Shown: in pieces, positions 28,034 through 39,157 of the stretch | How the letters are laid out: each line of letters begins with the position of its first letter | Numbering within the stretch: the stretch's first letter is position 1 | Source of the DNA: Candidatus Fervidifonticultor secundus | GTDB lineage: Bacteria; Sysuimicrobiota; Sysuimicrobiia; Sysuimicrobiales; Humicultoraceae | Length of the DNA stretch: 64,000 nt | Assembly: GCA_031459385.1 (NCBI GenBank) | Contig: JAVKIP010000004.1 | Span: 104,708-168,707 of the forward strand | Direction of reading: 5' to 3' | Program-made: the position numbers and the translations under genes | Notes under the pieces: generated by a model | What the model was told of the DNA's origin: nothing | The model's database searches: none | Seen by the model: the letters and a program-made list of their open reading frames with translations, nothing else

Positions 28034-29698
28034 ATGACGAGGCTCCGGCTGCAGCGCGCGCTTGCGGTGCTGGCCGTGGCGACCCTGGCGCTGGCGCCGG
28101 GCGCGCCCGGCGCGGTGGCGCAGCAGCGCCGCGACACCGTCGTGATCGGCATGGCCCAGGAGCCCGACGGCCTCATCATGGACTTCTGGTCTATGGCCGC
28201 GGGCCGCGCCGTGTCCAACTCATTGTTCACCGACATGGTCGGCTACAACGAGAAGTGGGAGCTGATCCCGGGCACCGTCCAGAAGATCCCGACCCTCAAA
28301 GACGGCGACTGGCAGCTGCTGCCCGGCAACAAGATGCGCGTGACGTTCAAGCTCAAGCGGGGCTTCACCTGGCACGACGGCAGGCCCTACACCGCCACGG
28401 ACGTGTCGTGGACCTATCTGATGCTGCGGAACCCGCGCACGCCCACGGTCTCACGGTTCGTGCTGCGGAAGATCGACAACGTGCTGGCCCCGGACCCATA
28501 CACCGTGGTGGTGCAGTGGAACGAGCGCTACCCGTTCGCCAACGCCAACCCCGTCGGGGCCAGCCTGATCTACCCGCGGCACGTCATGGAGAAGGACTAC
28601 CTGCGGGATCCCGGCAGCCTGCGGAACAACGTCATGGCCCGGGCGCCGGTCGGCAACGGCCCCTACCGGTTCGTGGAGTGGGTACCGGGCAGCCACATCA
28701 CCCTGGAGGCGTACGACCGGTACCCCGAGGGCGTCCCCAAGATCCGGCGTCAGGTCTGGCGATTCATCCTGGACTCCACCGTGCTCCAGGCCAACGTCAT
28801 CGCCAACCAGATCGACGTCACCGAGACCAACAACTTCTCGCTGGAGCAGATGCTGGAGATCGAGCGCCGCAACCCCCAGCAGAAGACCTACTACACGCCG
28901 GCGCTGATCTGGGAGCACATCGACCTGAACCTGGACAACGACTGGCTGAAGGACAAGCGCGTGCGACAGGCGCTGGCCCACGCCATCAACCGCGACGAGC
29001 TGAGCCAGAAGCTCTTCTACGGCAAGCAGCCCGTGGCGCACACCTGGTTGCCCGAGCGGCACGAGGGCTACAACGCCGCTGTCAGGAAGTACACCTATGA
29101 TCCGGCCCGGGCGCGCCAGCTGCTGGCGGAGGCGGGCTTCACGCCGGGCCCCGACGGCATCCTGCGCGACGGACGGGGGCAGCGCGTCGAGATGAGCATC
29201 ATGACCACGGCGGGCAACGCCGTCCGGGAGCAGGTGCAGCAGATCCTCAAGGAGCAGCTCCGTGCGGTGGGCATCGACCTGCGCATCGACAACCGCCCGG
29301 CCAGCGTGCTCTTCGGGCAGGTGACCGCCCGGCGCCAGTTCCCGCACATGGTCATGTACGCCTGGCTGAACTCGCCCATCAGCACGGGCTACACGCTGTG
29401 GCACTCGAGTCAGATCCCCACCGCCCAGAACAACTGGGAAGGGCAGAACTACCCCGGGTGGCGCAACGCCGAGAACGACCGGCTGCTGGAGCAGATCAAC
29501 ACCGAGATCGACACGGCCCGACGAGTGCAGATGCTGAAACGCCAGCAGGAGATCTGGGTCGACGAACTGCCGTCGATTCCCCTGTACTTCCGCCTGGCCC
29601 TGAACACGGCCCACGCCCGGCTGACCAACATCAAGCCCACCGGGCTGTCCGGGACCTACATCAACTGGAACTCCAAGGACTGGGCGTGGTCGCAGTAG
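28034..29698 (+). CDS. Peptide ABC transporter substrate-binding protein
   Basis: AGGAGGAG RBS; signal peptide; 'QEPD', 'FTWHDGRP', 'VGNGPY', 'RVRQALAHAINR'. Confidence 0.92.
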   Translation: MTRLRLQRALAVLAVATLALAPGAPGAVAQQRRDTVVIGMAQEPDGLIMDFWSMAAGRAVSNSLFTDMVGYNEKWELIPGTVQKIPTLKDGDWQLLPGNKMRVTFKLKRGFTWHDGRPYTATDVSWTYLMLRNPRTPTVSRFVLRKIDNVLAPDPYTVVVQWNERYPFANANPVGASLIYPRHVMEKDYLRDPGSLRNNVMARAPVGNGPYRFVEWVPGSHITLEAYDRYPEGVPKIRRQVWRFILDSTVLQANVIANQIDVTETNNFSLEQMLEIERRNPQQKTYYTPALIWEHIDLNLDNDWLKDKRVRQALAHAINRDELSQKLFYGKQPVAHTWLPERHEGYNAAVRKYTYDPARARQLLAEAGFTPGPDGILRDGRGQRVEMSIMTTAGNAVREQVQQILKEQLRAVGIDLRIDNRPASVLFGQVTARRQFPHMVMYAWLNSPISTGYTLWHSSQIPTAQNNWEGQNYPGWRNAENDRLLEQINTEIDTARRVQMLKRQQEIWVDELPSIPLYFRLALNTAHARLTNIKPTGLSGTYINWNSKDWAWSQ

Positions 29699-29755
29699 CG
29701 TAGGAGGCGGGGCGGGGGGGCGCAGCGCGTCGCCCGCCCCGGCACCACCGGCGTC

Positions 29756-30721
29756 ATGCAGCGCTTTCTCGCCCGCCGCGCGGTCCACGGCCTGTTCATC
29801 CTGGCCGGCCTGTCGATTCTTGTCTTCACCCTGCTGGTGGTCACCCCCGGCGACCCGGTCGAGCTCATCGCGGCCAGCAACCCGGAGATCCGCCCGGAGG
29901 ACGTCAAGGCCCTGCGGCAGTACTACGGGCTCGACGATCCCGTCTACGTGCGGTACGTCAAGTGGCTGCGGTCCACGCTGCGGGGAGACCTGGGCTACTC
30001 GCGCACCTACGGCACGCCGGTGACGAAGCTCCTGGGCGAGCGCCTGCGCAACACGCTGTGGCTGGTGGGCGCGGCGCTGGTGGTGGCGTTCGTCGTCGGC
30101 ATCATGGCTGGCATCTACTCCGCGCTCCACCAGTACTCGGTGGCCGACTATGTGGTCACCGTGCTGGCCTTTGCGGGCCATTCGGTGCCGGTGTTCTGGC
30201 AGGGCATCGTCTTCATCCTGCTCTTCGCGGTCTGGTGGCCGATCCTGCCCGCCGGCGGCATGCTGACCCCGGGCGTGCCCCCGGGCTGGCCCGCGCTGCT
30301 GGACCGCCTGTGGCACCTCGTCCTGCCCGTGACGGTGCTGGCCACGTTCAATACGGCCATCTGGGCACGGTACATGCGCAGCAGCATGCTGGAGGTCATC
30401 CGGCAGGACTACATCCGGACAGCGCGGGCCAAGGGCAGCCCCGAGCGCACCGTCATCAACCGGCACGCGGTGCGCAACGCCCTGATGCCCATCATCACCC
30501 TGGTCGCGCTCTCGATTCCCGGTACCCTCAACGGGGCGGTGCTGACCGAGACCGTCTTCTCGTGGCCCGGCATGGGGCTGCTGCTGTTCCAGGCCGTCCT
30601 GGGGCACGACTACAACGTGGCCATGGCAGTGCTGCTCTTCGCGGCGCTGATGACCGTGCTGTTCAACCTGCTGGCCGACATCGCATACGCGTTGGCGGAC
30701 CCGCGCATCCGGTACGAATGA
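29756..30721 (+). CDS. Peptide ABC transporter permease (OppB-like)
   Basis: 'YGLDDP..VRY', 'QDYIRTARAKG', 'DPRIRYE'. Confidence 0.93.
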   Translation: MQRFLARRAVHGLFILAGLSILVFTLLVVTPGDPVELIAASNPEIRPEDVKALRQYYGLDDPVYVRYVKWLRSTLRGDLGYSRTYGTPVTKLLGERLRNTLWLVGAALVVAFVVGIMAGIYSALHQYSVADYVVTVLAFAGHSVPVFWQGIVFILLFAVWWPILPAGGMLTPGVPPGWPALLDRLWHLVLPVTVLATFNTAIWARYMRSSMLEVIRQDYIRTARAKGSPERTVINRHAVRNALMPIITLVALSIPGTLNGAVLTETVFSWPGMGLLLFQAVLGHDYNVAMAVLLFAALMTVLFNLLADIAYALADPRIRYE

Positions 30722-30740
30722 GCGACGCAGGAGGCATCGG

Positions 30741-31664
30741 ATGGCCCGGACGGTGACCCCCCGGCAGCTGGCTCTGGACCTGGAGCGCCGTCGCAAGGAG
30801 GCCGCGGGCGTGGCCGTCGGCCAGTCGTACTGGCAGGTCGCCTGGCGGCGCTTCCTGCGCCACCGCCTGGCGCTGATCGGCGGGGCCGCGGCCCTGGCGT
30901 TGACGCTCATGGCGGTGCTGGCGCCGTGGCTGGCGCCCCACGCCTTCGACCGCATTAACCTCTCCGATCGCTGGGTGCCCCCCCGGCTGGCCAACCCGTT
31001 CGGCACCGACGAGCTGGGCCGCGACGTCCTCACGCGCATCATGTTCGCAGGGCGCATCTCGCTGGTGGTGGGCTACGTCACCGCCATCGCCATCTCGATC
31101 GTCGGGGCGTCCGTGGGGGCCGTCGCCGGGTTCTACGGCGGCTGGCTCGACAGCGTCCTGATGCGACTGGTCGACGTTCTGATCGCCGTGCCGCTGCTGC
31201 CGCTCTACCTGATCCTGGCTGCCCTGATTCCCGGGGGCGGCGTGGGGCGCATCGTGCTGATCTTCACCGCCTTCGGCTGGACCACGGTCGCGCGCCTGGT
31301 GCGCGGCCAGGTCCTCTCCCTCAAGGGGCAGGACTTCATCGAGGCGGGTCGGGCCATGGGCGCCTCGGAGGCTCGCCTCATCCTGCGGCACCTGATCCCC
31401 AACGCCCTGGCGCCGGTCATCGTGGCGGCCACCCTCACCGTCGGGAACGCCATCCTGGCCGAGTCGGGGCTCTCGTACCTGGGCCTGGGGATCCAGCCGC
31501 CCACGCCGTCGTGGGGCAACATGCTCCAGCGGTCGCAGGAGTACCTGCTCAAGGCGTCGTGGCTGGCGGTGTTCCCCGGGGTGTTCATCTTTGTCACGGT
31601 GCTCTCGTTCAACTTTCTGGGCGACGGGCTGCGCGACGCGTTGGACCCGCGCCTGAAGACCTGA
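30741..31664 (+). CDS. Peptide ABC transporter permease (OppC-like)
   Basis: 'FGTDELGRDV', 'DFIEAGRAMGAS', 'GDGLRDALDPR'. Confidence 0.93.
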   Translation: MARTVTPRQLALDLERRRKEAAGVAVGQSYWQVAWRRFLRHRLALIGGAAALALTLMAVLAPWLAPHAFDRINLSDRWVPPRLANPFGTDELGRDVLTRIMFAGRISLVVGYVTAIAISIVGASVGAVAGFYGGWLDSVLMRLVDVLIAVPLLPLYLILAALIPGGGVGRIVLIFTAFGWTTVARLVRGQVLSLKGQDFIEAGRAMGASEARLILRHLIPNALAPVIVAATLTVGNAILAESGLSYLGLGIQPPTPSWGNMLQRSQEYLLKASWLAVFPGVFIFVTVLSFNFLGDGLRDALDPRLKT

Positions 31665-31724
31665 GCCGCAGCCGCGGCTCGGGCGGCCGGACAGTATGTG
31701 AGCCGACGAACAGGAGGGAGCGTC

Positions 31725-33386
31725 ATGCGGGCAGTCGGAGGACGTGGCGTGGTGGCCGTCGTGATGATCGTGCTCGCGCTGGGCCTCTGGCCGGGGACCG
31801 GCGCGGCCCAGGGGCGCCGTGACACCGTGGTGATCGGCATGGCCCAGGAGCCGGATATCCTGGGGCCGTTCTCGACCATGGCCGCCGCCGGGGTGGTCCA
31901 CAACTCGCTGTTCGCGTACTTCACCACGTTCAACGAGAAGTGGGTCCGGGTCCCGGTGCTGGCCGAGAAGCTCCCCAGCCTCAAAGATGGCGACTGGGAG
32001 CTGCTGCCCAACAAGAAGATGCGGGTCACCTGGCGGCTGAAGCGCGGATTCACCTGGCACGATGGCCGGCCGGTGACGGCGCTGGACGCCCGCTTCAGCT
32101 ACGGCATGCTGCGCAACCCGCGGACGCCGACCCTGACTCGGTTCGTCCTCCGCAAGGTGGACAACATCCTGGTCCCCACGCCCGGTGACCCCTACACAAT
32201 GGTGGTCCAGTGGAACGAGCTCTATCCCTTCGCCAACACCGCCCCCTACGGCTTCGAGTACATGCTGCCGCGCCACTTGCTGGAGAGGCCCTACCTGGTC
32301 GATCCGGGACGGCTGCGGGCCGACCCGTACTTCCGGACGCCGGTGGGCAACGGGCCGTACCGCTTCAAGGAATGGGTGGCGGGCAGCCACATCACCCTGG
32401 AGGCCAACGCCCGGTGGCCCGGGGGGCCGCCGCAGATCAAGACCCTGACGTTCCGCTTCATCCTGGACTCGGTGGTGCTGACCGCGAATCAGATCGCCGG
32501 CAACGTGGACGCCACCGAGATCAACAACTTCGGCATCGACCAGATGTTGGACATCGAGCGCCGGAACCCCAACGTGGCCACCCACTACACCGAGGCGCTG
32601 ATCTGGGAGCGCATTGAGTTCAACAACGACAACGAGTGGCTGCGCGACCGGCGCGTCCGGCAGGCGATCGCCCACGCCATCGACCGGGAGGCGATCGTGA
32701 AGGCGCTGTTCCAGGGCCGGCAGCCCGTGGCGCACAGCTGGCTGCCGCCGCGCCACCCTGGCGCGCACCCCGCCATCAAGAAGTACGGCTACGACCCGGC
32801 GCGCGCACGCGCCCTGCTCACCGAGGCTGGCTTCACCATGGGGCCGGACGGCGTGCTGCGCGACCGCGCGGGCAAGCGCGTGGAGATGACCTTCATGACC
32901 ACGGCTGGCAACGCGCCGCGGGAGCAGACCCAGCAGATCATCAAGGAGCAGCTCAAGCAGGTCGGCATCGAGATCCGCATCGAGAACGTGCCCGCGTCGG
33001 TCTTCTTCGGCCGGATCGTGGTACGCCGCCAGTGGCCGCACCTGGCCGAGTGGGCCACGCTGTTCACGCCCGAGACGCTGCCCTACCCTAACTTCCACAG
33101 TAGCCAGATCCCCAGTGAGGCGAACAACTGGGAGGGATCGAACCGCGGCGGCTGGCGCAACGCCGAGAACGACCGGCTCTCCGAGCAGATCAACGAGACC
33201 CTGGACGAGGCAAAGCGGATCGAGCTGCTCCGCCGCCAGCAGGAGCTGTATGTCGACGACCTGCCGTCGCTGCCGCTGTACTTCCGCCTGCACCTGACGA
33301 CGTCGGTCAAGTCGCTGAAGAACGTCAAGCCGGTCGGGCTCGGAGGATTCTACATCAACTGGAACTCGCACGAATGGACCTACTGA
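31725..33386 (+). CDS. Peptide ABC transporter substrate-binding protein (paralog of 28034-29698)
   Basis: Shares 'RRDTVVIGMAQEPD', 'LKDGDW.LLP..KMRVT' and 'YINWNS..W' with the upstream paralog. Confidence 0.92.
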   Translation: MRAVGGRGVVAVVMIVLALGLWPGTGAAQGRRDTVVIGMAQEPDILGPFSTMAAAGVVHNSLFAYFTTFNEKWVRVPVLAEKLPSLKDGDWELLPNKKMRVTWRLKRGFTWHDGRPVTALDARFSYGMLRNPRTPTLTRFVLRKVDNILVPTPGDPYTMVVQWNELYPFANTAPYGFEYMLPRHLLERPYLVDPGRLRADPYFRTPVGNGPYRFKEWVAGSHITLEANARWPGGPPQIKTLTFRFILDSVVLTANQIAGNVDATEINNFGIDQMLDIERRNPNVATHYTEALIWERIEFNNDNEWLRDRRVRQAIAHAIDREAIVKALFQGRQPVAHSWLPPRHPGAHPAIKKYGYDPARARALLTEAGFTMGPDGVLRDRAGKRVEMTFMTTAGNAPREQTQQIIKEQLKQVGIEIRIENVPASVFFGRIVVRRQWPHLAEWATLFTPETLPYPNFHSSQIPSEANNWEGSNRGGWRNAENDRLSEQINETLDEAKRIELLRRQQELYVDDLPSLPLYFRLHLTTSVKSLKNVKPVGLGGFYINWNSHEWTY

Positions 33387-33388
33387 TC

Positions 33389-33637
33389 GTGCGCCGCGAG
33401 GCCGTGACCCCCGGCATGCCCCAGGAGCCCGACTGGGTCGGGCCGGTCTCGATCATGGGCCCCCAGGGGCGCGTCCAGCTCTTCCCCCGGCAGCAGGAGA
33501 TCTTCGCGGAGGAGCTGCCGAGCGTGCCGCTGTACGTCTTGCTCGACCTGACGCCCTTCCCCACGGCGCTGCGGGGGCCGCGGCCGGTGGGCCTGGGGAG
33601 CGACGACCTGCCGCGGAACGCCTGGGAGCGGCGGTGG
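33389..33637 (+). pseudogene. Internally deleted, degenerate remnant of a substrate-binding protein paralog
   Basis: 'RREAVTPGMPQEPDWVGP' (matches the SBP N-terminus) is joined in frame to 'RQQEIFAEELPSVPLY...PVGLG...W' (matches the SBP C-terminus). Confidence 0.75.
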
Positions 33638-33726
33638 GGGACCAGTGAACGGGGCCGGCCGCCAGGCGGAGGATTCGCGTGGGGCGCGGAGAACCGTCCA
33701 GTGAGTACCGGGATGAGGTGAGGCGC

Positions 33727-34764
33727 GTGGCAGAGGCGCTCCTGTCGGTCCGCAATCTCAAGACGTACTTCTACACGGACGAGGGCGTGGTGAGGGCCGT
33801 AGACGGCCTCTCCTACGACCTCTACAAGGGCGAGACGCTGGGCATCGTAGGCGAGTCCGGCTGCGGCAAGAGCGTCCACGCCCTGTCCGTCATGCGGCTC
33901 ATCCCCACGCCGCCGGGGAAGATCGTGGACGGCGAGATCTGGTTCGAGGGCCGCGACCTCCTCAAGCTCAGCGACGAGGAGATGCGCCACATCCGCGGCA
34001 ACCGCATCGCCATGATCTTCCAGGAGCCGATGACGTCGCTGAACCCCGTGCTGACCATCGGGGAGCAGATCGCCGAGGCCGTCATGTTGCACCAGAAGCT
34101 CGACCGGCGGGCTGCGTGGGAGCGCGCCATCGAGATGCTGGAGCGCGTGAAGATCCCCCTGGCTCGCGAGCGCGTCAAGGACTACCCGCACCAGTTCTCG
34201 GGGGGCATGCGTCAGCGCGTGATGATCGCCATGGCGCTGTCGTGCAACCCGTCGATCCTCATCGCGGACGAGCCAACCACCGCCCTGGACGTGACGATCC
34301 AGGCCCAGATCCTCGACCTGATCCGGGAACTCCAGCAGGAGTTCCACATGGCCGTCATCATGATCACCCACAACCTGGGCGTGGTCGCCGAGATGTGCGA
34401 CGACGTGGTGGTCATGTACGCGGGCAAGCCGGTGGAGCACACCAGCGTGCAGCGCATCTTCCAGGACCCGAAGCACCCGTACACGTGGGGGCTGCTGCAC
34501 TCGGTACCGAAGCTCTACGAGCGGCGGGAGCGCCTGATCCCCATCGAAGGGCAGCCGCCGTCGCTCATCGACCTGCCGCCAGGCTGCGCGTTCGCGCCGC
34601 GCTGCCCCTTCGCCATGGAGATCTGCGTGCAGGAGGACCCCCCGGACTACCCGGTGGGCCCGGACCATACTGCCAAGTGCTACCTCTACTCAGAGCACGC
34701 CAGCGAGGAAGACAAGCGGGCGGCAGCGCAGGCCGGCCTGGCGGTCTCGACGCGAAGCTCGTAG
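33727..34764 (+). CDS. oppD: Oligopeptide ABC transporter ATP-binding protein (OppD/DppD)
   Basis: 'GESGCGKS', '[11 protein letters not shown]', 'FSGGMRQR', 'HPYT', 'GCAFAPRC'. Confidence 0.92.
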   Translation: MAEALLSVRNLKTYFYTDEGVVRAVDGLSYDLYKGETLGIVGESGCGKSVHALSVMRLIPTPPGKIVDGEIWFEGRDLLKLSDEEMRHIRGNRIAMIFQEPMTSLNPVLTIGEQIAEAVMLHQKLDRRAAWERAIEMLERVKIPLARERVKDYPHQFSGGMRQRVMIAMALSCNPSILIADEPTTALDVTIQAQILDLIRELQQEFHMAVIMITHNLGVVAEMCDDVVVMYAGKPVEHTSVQRIFQDPKHPYTWGLLHSVPKLYERRERLIPIEGQPPSLIDLPPGCAFAPRCPFAMEICVQEDPPDYPVGPDHTAKCYLYSEHASEEDKRAAAQAGLAVSTRSS

Positions 34765-34774
34765 GAGGGCCAGC

Positions 34775-35803
34775 GTGGCGACGAACGGCGACTATATCCT
34801 TGAGGTCCGAAACCTCGTCAAGCACTTCCCCGTCACCAAGGGGTTCATCTTCCAGCGGCAGGTGGGCGCCGTCAAGGCCGTGGACGGCGTCTCGTTCTCC
34901 ATCCGCCGGGGCGAGACCCTGGGGCTGGTGGGCGAGTCGGGGTGCGGGAAGACCACCACCGGGCGGGTCATCCTGCGGCTCATGGAGCCCACGGCGGGCG
35001 AAGTCCGCTTCGAGGGCCAGAACATCCTGGCGCTGAACAAGGAAGAGCTGCGGCGCATGCGCCGGAACATGCAGATCATCTTCCAGGACCCGTACTCGTC
35101 GCTCAACCCGCGCATGACGGTGGGCGACATCATCGGCGAGCCCCTCGAGATCCACAACTTGGCCCGGGGGAAGGAGAAGGTCCGGCGGGTGCAGGAGCTG
35201 CTGGAGGTGGTGGGGCTCTCCCCCTACCACGCGAACCGCTACCCGCACGAGTTCTCCGGCGGGCAGCGCCAGCGCATCGGGATCGCCCGCGCGCTGGCGG
35301 TGAACCCGAAGCTCATCATCTGTGACGAGCCCGTCTCGGCGCTGGACGTCTCCATCCAGGCGCAGGTGTTGAACCTGCTCCAGGAGCTGCAGAAAGAGTT
35401 TGGGCTGACGTACCTGTTCATCGCCCATGACCTCTCGGTCGTCAAGCACATCAGCGACCGGATCGCGGTGATGTACCTGGGCAAGATCGTCGAGATCGCG
35501 GCCGCCGACGAGCTGTTCGCCAACCCGCAGCACCCCTACACCGAGGCCCTGCTATCGGCGGTGCCGATCCCCGATCCCGCCATCCGGCGCGAGCGCATCA
35601 TCCTGCCGGGCGACGTGCCCAGTCCCGTGAACCCCCCGCGGGGCTGCCGGTTCCACACCCGGTGCCTGTATGCCCGCGAGTCGTGCAAGGTCAACGAGCA
35701 GGAACTGGTCGACATCGGCGGCGGCCACTACGTGGCGTGCGAGGTGCTGCCGTTCCGCCACCAGCGCAGCAAGGCCGCGGTCCTCAAGGCGCCGGCGTCG
35801 TAG
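34775..35803 (+). CDS. oppF: Oligopeptide ABC transporter ATP-binding protein (OppF/DppF)
   Basis: 'GESGCGKTT', '[11 protein letters not shown]', 'FSGGQRQR', 'GCRFHTRC'. Confidence 0.92.
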   Translation: MATNGDYILEVRNLVKHFPVTKGFIFQRQVGAVKAVDGVSFSIRRGETLGLVGESGCGKTTTGRVILRLMEPTAGEVRFEGQNILALNKEELRRMRRNMQIIFQDPYSSLNPRMTVGDIIGEPLEIHNLARGKEKVRRVQELLEVVGLSPYHANRYPHEFSGGQRQRIGIARALAVNPKLIICDEPVSALDVSIQAQVLNLLQELQKEFGLTYLFIAHDLSVVKHISDRIAVMYLGKIVEIAAADELFANPQHPYTEALLSAVPIPDPAIRRERIILPGDVPSPVNPPRGCRFHTRCLYARESCKVNEQELVDIGGGHYVACEVLPFRHQRSKAAVLKAPAS

Positions 35804-35823
35804 GGTCTGTCCGCGGCGGGCCG

Positions 35824-35853
35824 GGTGCCGGGGCAGGGTGTGGCCCCGGCACC
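35824..35853 (+). terminator. 11-bp GC hairpin after the ABC operon
   Basis: ggtgccggggc-agggtgtg-gccccggcacc; weak T-run downstream. Confidence 0.45.
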
Positions 35854-35927
35854 GCGCTTTCCGGCGGCCGCCCCCGGCAGGCGTGCTACCATGAGAGCGA
35901 CGTGAGCCGCACGCCCCGAGGGGTCTC

Positions 35928-36230
35928 ATGATCGATCACCGCACGGTGGACCACGTGGCCCGCCTGGCACGGCTGGCCCTGTCACCAGAGGAGCGTGAGC
36001 GGTTCGCCGCGCAGCTCGGCCGCATCCTGGAGTACATCGCCCGCCTGGACGCCCTGGACCTGGCCGACGTGCCGCCCACGTCCCACGTCGTCCCGATGGT
36101 CAACGTCTTCCGGGCGGACGTGGTGACGCCGTCGCTGCCCCGCGACGAGGTGTTGGGGGCAGCGCCGGCCCAGGCCGATGGCTTCTTCGTCGTCCCGCGC
36201 GTGTTGGACGTCGGGGCCGCCGATGGATGA
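35928..36230 (+). CDS. gatC: Asp/Glu-tRNA amidotransferase subunit C
   Basis: 'VDHVARLARL', 'DVPPTSH', 'GFFVVPRV'. Confidence 0.95.
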   Translation: MIDHRTVDHVARLARLALSPEERERFAAQLGRILEYIARLDALDLADVPPTSHVVPMVNVFRADVVTPSLPRDEVLGAAPAQADGFFVVPRVLDVGAADG

Positions 36231-37686
36231 CCTGGCCTTCGCCAGCGCCCGCACCCTCACCGCGGCCTACCGCGCCGGGACGGTGCGGCCCTTGCAGGTC
36301 GTAGAGGGAGCCCTGGACCGCATCGCGCGGCTCGACCCGACGCTGCACGCCTTCCTGTACGTCGATGCCGACGGCGCGCGGCGGGAGGCGGCAGCCTGGG
36401 ACGCCCGCATCGCCGCCGGCGCCGCCGATCTCCCGCCGTTGGCCGGCGTCCCGGTGGCGGTCAAGGACAACATCTGTACGCGCGGCGTCCCCACCACGTG
36501 CGCGTCGCGCATCCTGGAGGGGTGGCGGCCGCCCTACGACGCCACGGTGGTGACGCGGCTACGGGAGGCCGGCGCCATCATCCTGGGCAAGACCAACCTG
36601 GACGAGTTCGCGATGGGCTCGTCCACGGAGTACTCGGCGTTCGGGCCCACCCGCAACCCGTGGGATCTCACGCGCGTGCCCGGCGGCTCCTCCGGCGGGT
36701 CCGCCGCCGCAGTGGCGGCCGGCCTCGTGCCCCTGGCCCTGGGCTCCGACACCGGGGGCTCGATCCGGCTGCCGGCCGGGTTCTGCGGCGTGGTGGGGCT
36801 GAAGCCCACGTACGGGCGCGTTTCCCGCTACGGCCTCGTGGCCTTCGCCTCGTCGCTCGACCAGATCGGCCCCATCGCCCGCGACGTGGCGGACTGCGCG
36901 CTGCTGCTGGGCGTGCTGGCAGGCCGCGATCCGGCCGATGCCACGTCCGCCGACGTGCCCGTGCCGGACTACCGGGGCGCGCTGGCCCGGGGCGCCGCCG
37001 GCCTGCGCCTGGGCGTGCCGCGCGAAGCCTTCGGCGAGGGCGTGGCCCCGGCCGTGGCAGCGGCGCTGCGCGAGGCCCTGGGCGTCTTTGAAGGCCTGGG
37101 CCTGACCGTGGAGGAGATCGGCCTGCCCACCATCGACGCGGCGCTGCCCGCGTACTACATCCTGGCCCCGGCCGAGGCATCGTCGAACCTGGCCCGCTAC
37201 GATGGGGTACAGTACGGCCTGCGGGTGCCCGGCGAGGACCTCTATGCGATGGTGGCGGGGACGCGCCGCCAGGGGTTCGGCGCCGAAGTGCAGCGCCGCA
37301 TCATGCTCGGCACCTACGCGCTCTCCGCCGGCTACTACGAAGCGTTCTACCTGAAGGCGCAGCGGGCGCGGACGCTGGTGGCCCGCGACTTCGCCCGGGC
37401 GTTCACACGCGTCGATCTGGTGGTGCTCCCCGTGGCGCCGACGCCGGCGTTTCGCCTGGGCGAGAAGGCCGACGACCCGCTGCAGATGTACCTCTCGGAT
37501 ATCTTCACGATCTCCGTGAACCTGGCGGGCCTGCCGGGCCTGGCGCTGCCCTGTGGCACGGCCGACGGCCTGCCCGTCGGCCTGCAGCTCGTGGGCCGCG
37601 CCTTCGAGGAAGTGGACGTGCTGCGGGCCGGATACGCGTACGAGCAGGCCGCGGGCTGGCACGGCCGGCGGCCGCCGGTGGGGTGA
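36223..37686 (+). CDS. gatA: Asp/Glu-tRNA amidotransferase subunit A
   Basis: Amidase signature '[11 protein letters not shown]', 'GSDTGGSIR', '[15 protein letters not shown]'. Confidence 0.96.
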   Translation: MDDLAFASARTLTAAYRAGTVRPLQVVEGALDRIARLDPTLHAFLYVDADGARREAAAWDARIAAGAADLPPLAGVPVAVKDNICTRGVPTTCASRILEGWRPPYDATVVTRLREAGAIILGKTNLDEFAMGSSTEYSAFGPTRNPWDLTRVPGGSSGGSAAAVAAGLVPLALGSDTGGSIRLPAGFCGVVGLKPTYGRVSRYGLVAFASSLDQIGPIARDVADCALLLGVLAGRDPADATSADVPVPDYRGALARGAAGLRLGVPREAFGEGVAPAVAAALREALGVFEGLGLTVEEIGLPTIDAALPAYYILAPAEASSNLARYDGVQYGLRVPGEDLYAMVAGTRRQGFGAEVQRRIMLGTYALSAGYYEAFYLKAQRARTLVARDFARAFTRVDLVVLPVAPTPAFRLGEKADDPLQMYLSDIFTISVNLAGLPGLALPCGTADGLPVGLQLVGRAFEEVDVLRAGYAYEQAAGWHGRRPPVG

Positions 37687-37694
37687 GGCCACGC

Positions 37695-39155
37695 ATGGCC
37701 CGCGACGTCGCCGTGGCGTACGAGACGGTCATCGGCCTGGAGATTCACGTCCAGCTGGCGACGGCGTCGAAGATGTTCTGCGGGTGTGCGGTGAGCTTCG
37801 GGGCGCCGCCCAACACCCTGACCTGTCCGGTGTGCCTGGGCCTGCCGGGCGCGCTACCCGTCATCAACCGGGCGGCGGTCGAGCTGGGCCTGCGCACGGC
37901 CCTGGCCCTGGGCTGCCGGGTCAGTCCCCGCAGCCAGTTCCACCGGAAGAACTACTTCTACCCCGACCTGCCCAAGAACTACCAGATCTCGCAGTACCAG
38001 TACGCGGACCACCCGCCGCTGGCGACCGACGGCCGGCTGGAGATCGCCGTCGACGGCACCGCGCGCGTCGTGCGCATCCGGCGCGTGCACCTCGAGGAGG
38101 ACACCGGGCGCCTGGTGCACCCCGACGATCCCGGTCGGGGCAGCCTGATCGACTACAACCGCTCCGGAGTGCCGCTCATGGAGATCGTCACCGAGCCCGA
38201 TCTGCGCTCGCCGGCCGAGGCCCGAGAGTTCCTGCTGGCGCTGCGCCGCCTGCTGCAGTTCGCGCGAGTGAGCACCGGGCGCATGGAGGAGGGGACGATG
38301 CGCTGCGATGCCAACGTCTCGCTGCGCCCCTCCGACGGTGCCCGCGGCACCCGCACCGAGGTCAAGAACATGAACTCGGTGCGCGCCGTCGAGCGCGCGC
38401 TGGCGTTCGAGGTGACGCGGCAGCGAGCCGTACTGGCGCAGGGCGGGCAGGTGGTGCAGGAGACCCGCCACTGGGACGAGCGGCGAGAGGTCACCTTTGG
38501 CTCGCGCACCAAAGAGGAGGCGCAGGACTACCGGTACTTCCCCGAGCCCGACCTGGTGCCGATCGCGGTGGACGCATCGTGGTTGGAGGCCGTGCGGGCG
38601 TCGCTGCCGGAGCTCCCGGCGGCCCGGCGCGCGCGGTTCATCGCCGCCTACGGGCTGTCGGCGTACGACGCCGACCTGCTGACGGCGACCGCAGCCACGG
38701 CCGACCTGTTCGAGCAGACCACGGCCCTCTACCCGGCGCCCAAGACCGTGGCCAACTGGCTGCTGGGCGATGTCGCCGGCTATCTCAACGAGCACGGCCT
38801 TGAACTCGATCAGGTGCCGTTGTCTGCCGGGCGCCTGGCGGCCCTGCTGCGCATGGTCGAGCAGGGCACGATCAGCGGCCGCACGGCCAAGGAGATCCTG
38901 GTGGAGATGCTGACCCACGACCGCGATCCGGCGGCCATCGTCGAGGCCAGAGGCCTGCGCCAGATCAGCGACGAGGAGACGCTGCGGGCTGTGGTCGCCC
39001 GCGTCATCGCCGAGCACCCCGGGCCGGCAGCCGACGTGCGCGGTGGGAAGGACAAGGCGCTGACCTTCCTGGTGGGACAGGTGATGCGGGTCACGCAGGG
39101 GCGGGCGAACCCCGAGACGGTCCACCGGCTCCTGCGGGAGCAACTGGGGCGGTAG
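37695..39155 (+). CDS. gatB: Asp/Glu-tRNA amidotransferase subunit B
   Basis: 'IGLEIHVQL', '[17 protein letters not shown]', '[10 protein letters not shown]'. Confidence 0.97.
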   Translation: MARDVAVAYETVIGLEIHVQLATASKMFCGCAVSFGAPPNTLTCPVCLGLPGALPVINRAAVELGLRTALALGCRVSPRSQFHRKNYFYPDLPKNYQISQYQYADHPPLATDGRLEIAVDGTARVVRIRRVHLEEDTGRLVHPDDPGRGSLIDYNRSGVPLMEIVTEPDLRSPAEAREFLLALRRLLQFARVSTGRMEEGTMRCDANVSLRPSDGARGTRTEVKNMNSVRAVERALAFEVTRQRAVLAQGGQVVQETRHWDERREVTFGSRTKEEAQDYRYFPEPDLVPIAVDASWLEAVRASLPELPAARRARFIAAYGLSAYDADLLTATAATADLFEQTTALYPAPKTVANWLLGDVAGYLNEHGLELDQVPLSAGRLAALLRMVEQGTISGRTAKEILVEMLTHDRDPAAIVEARGLRQISDEETLRAVVARVIAEHPGPAADVRGGKDKALTFLVGQVMRVTQGRANPETVHRLLREQLGR

Positions 39156-39157
39156 GC

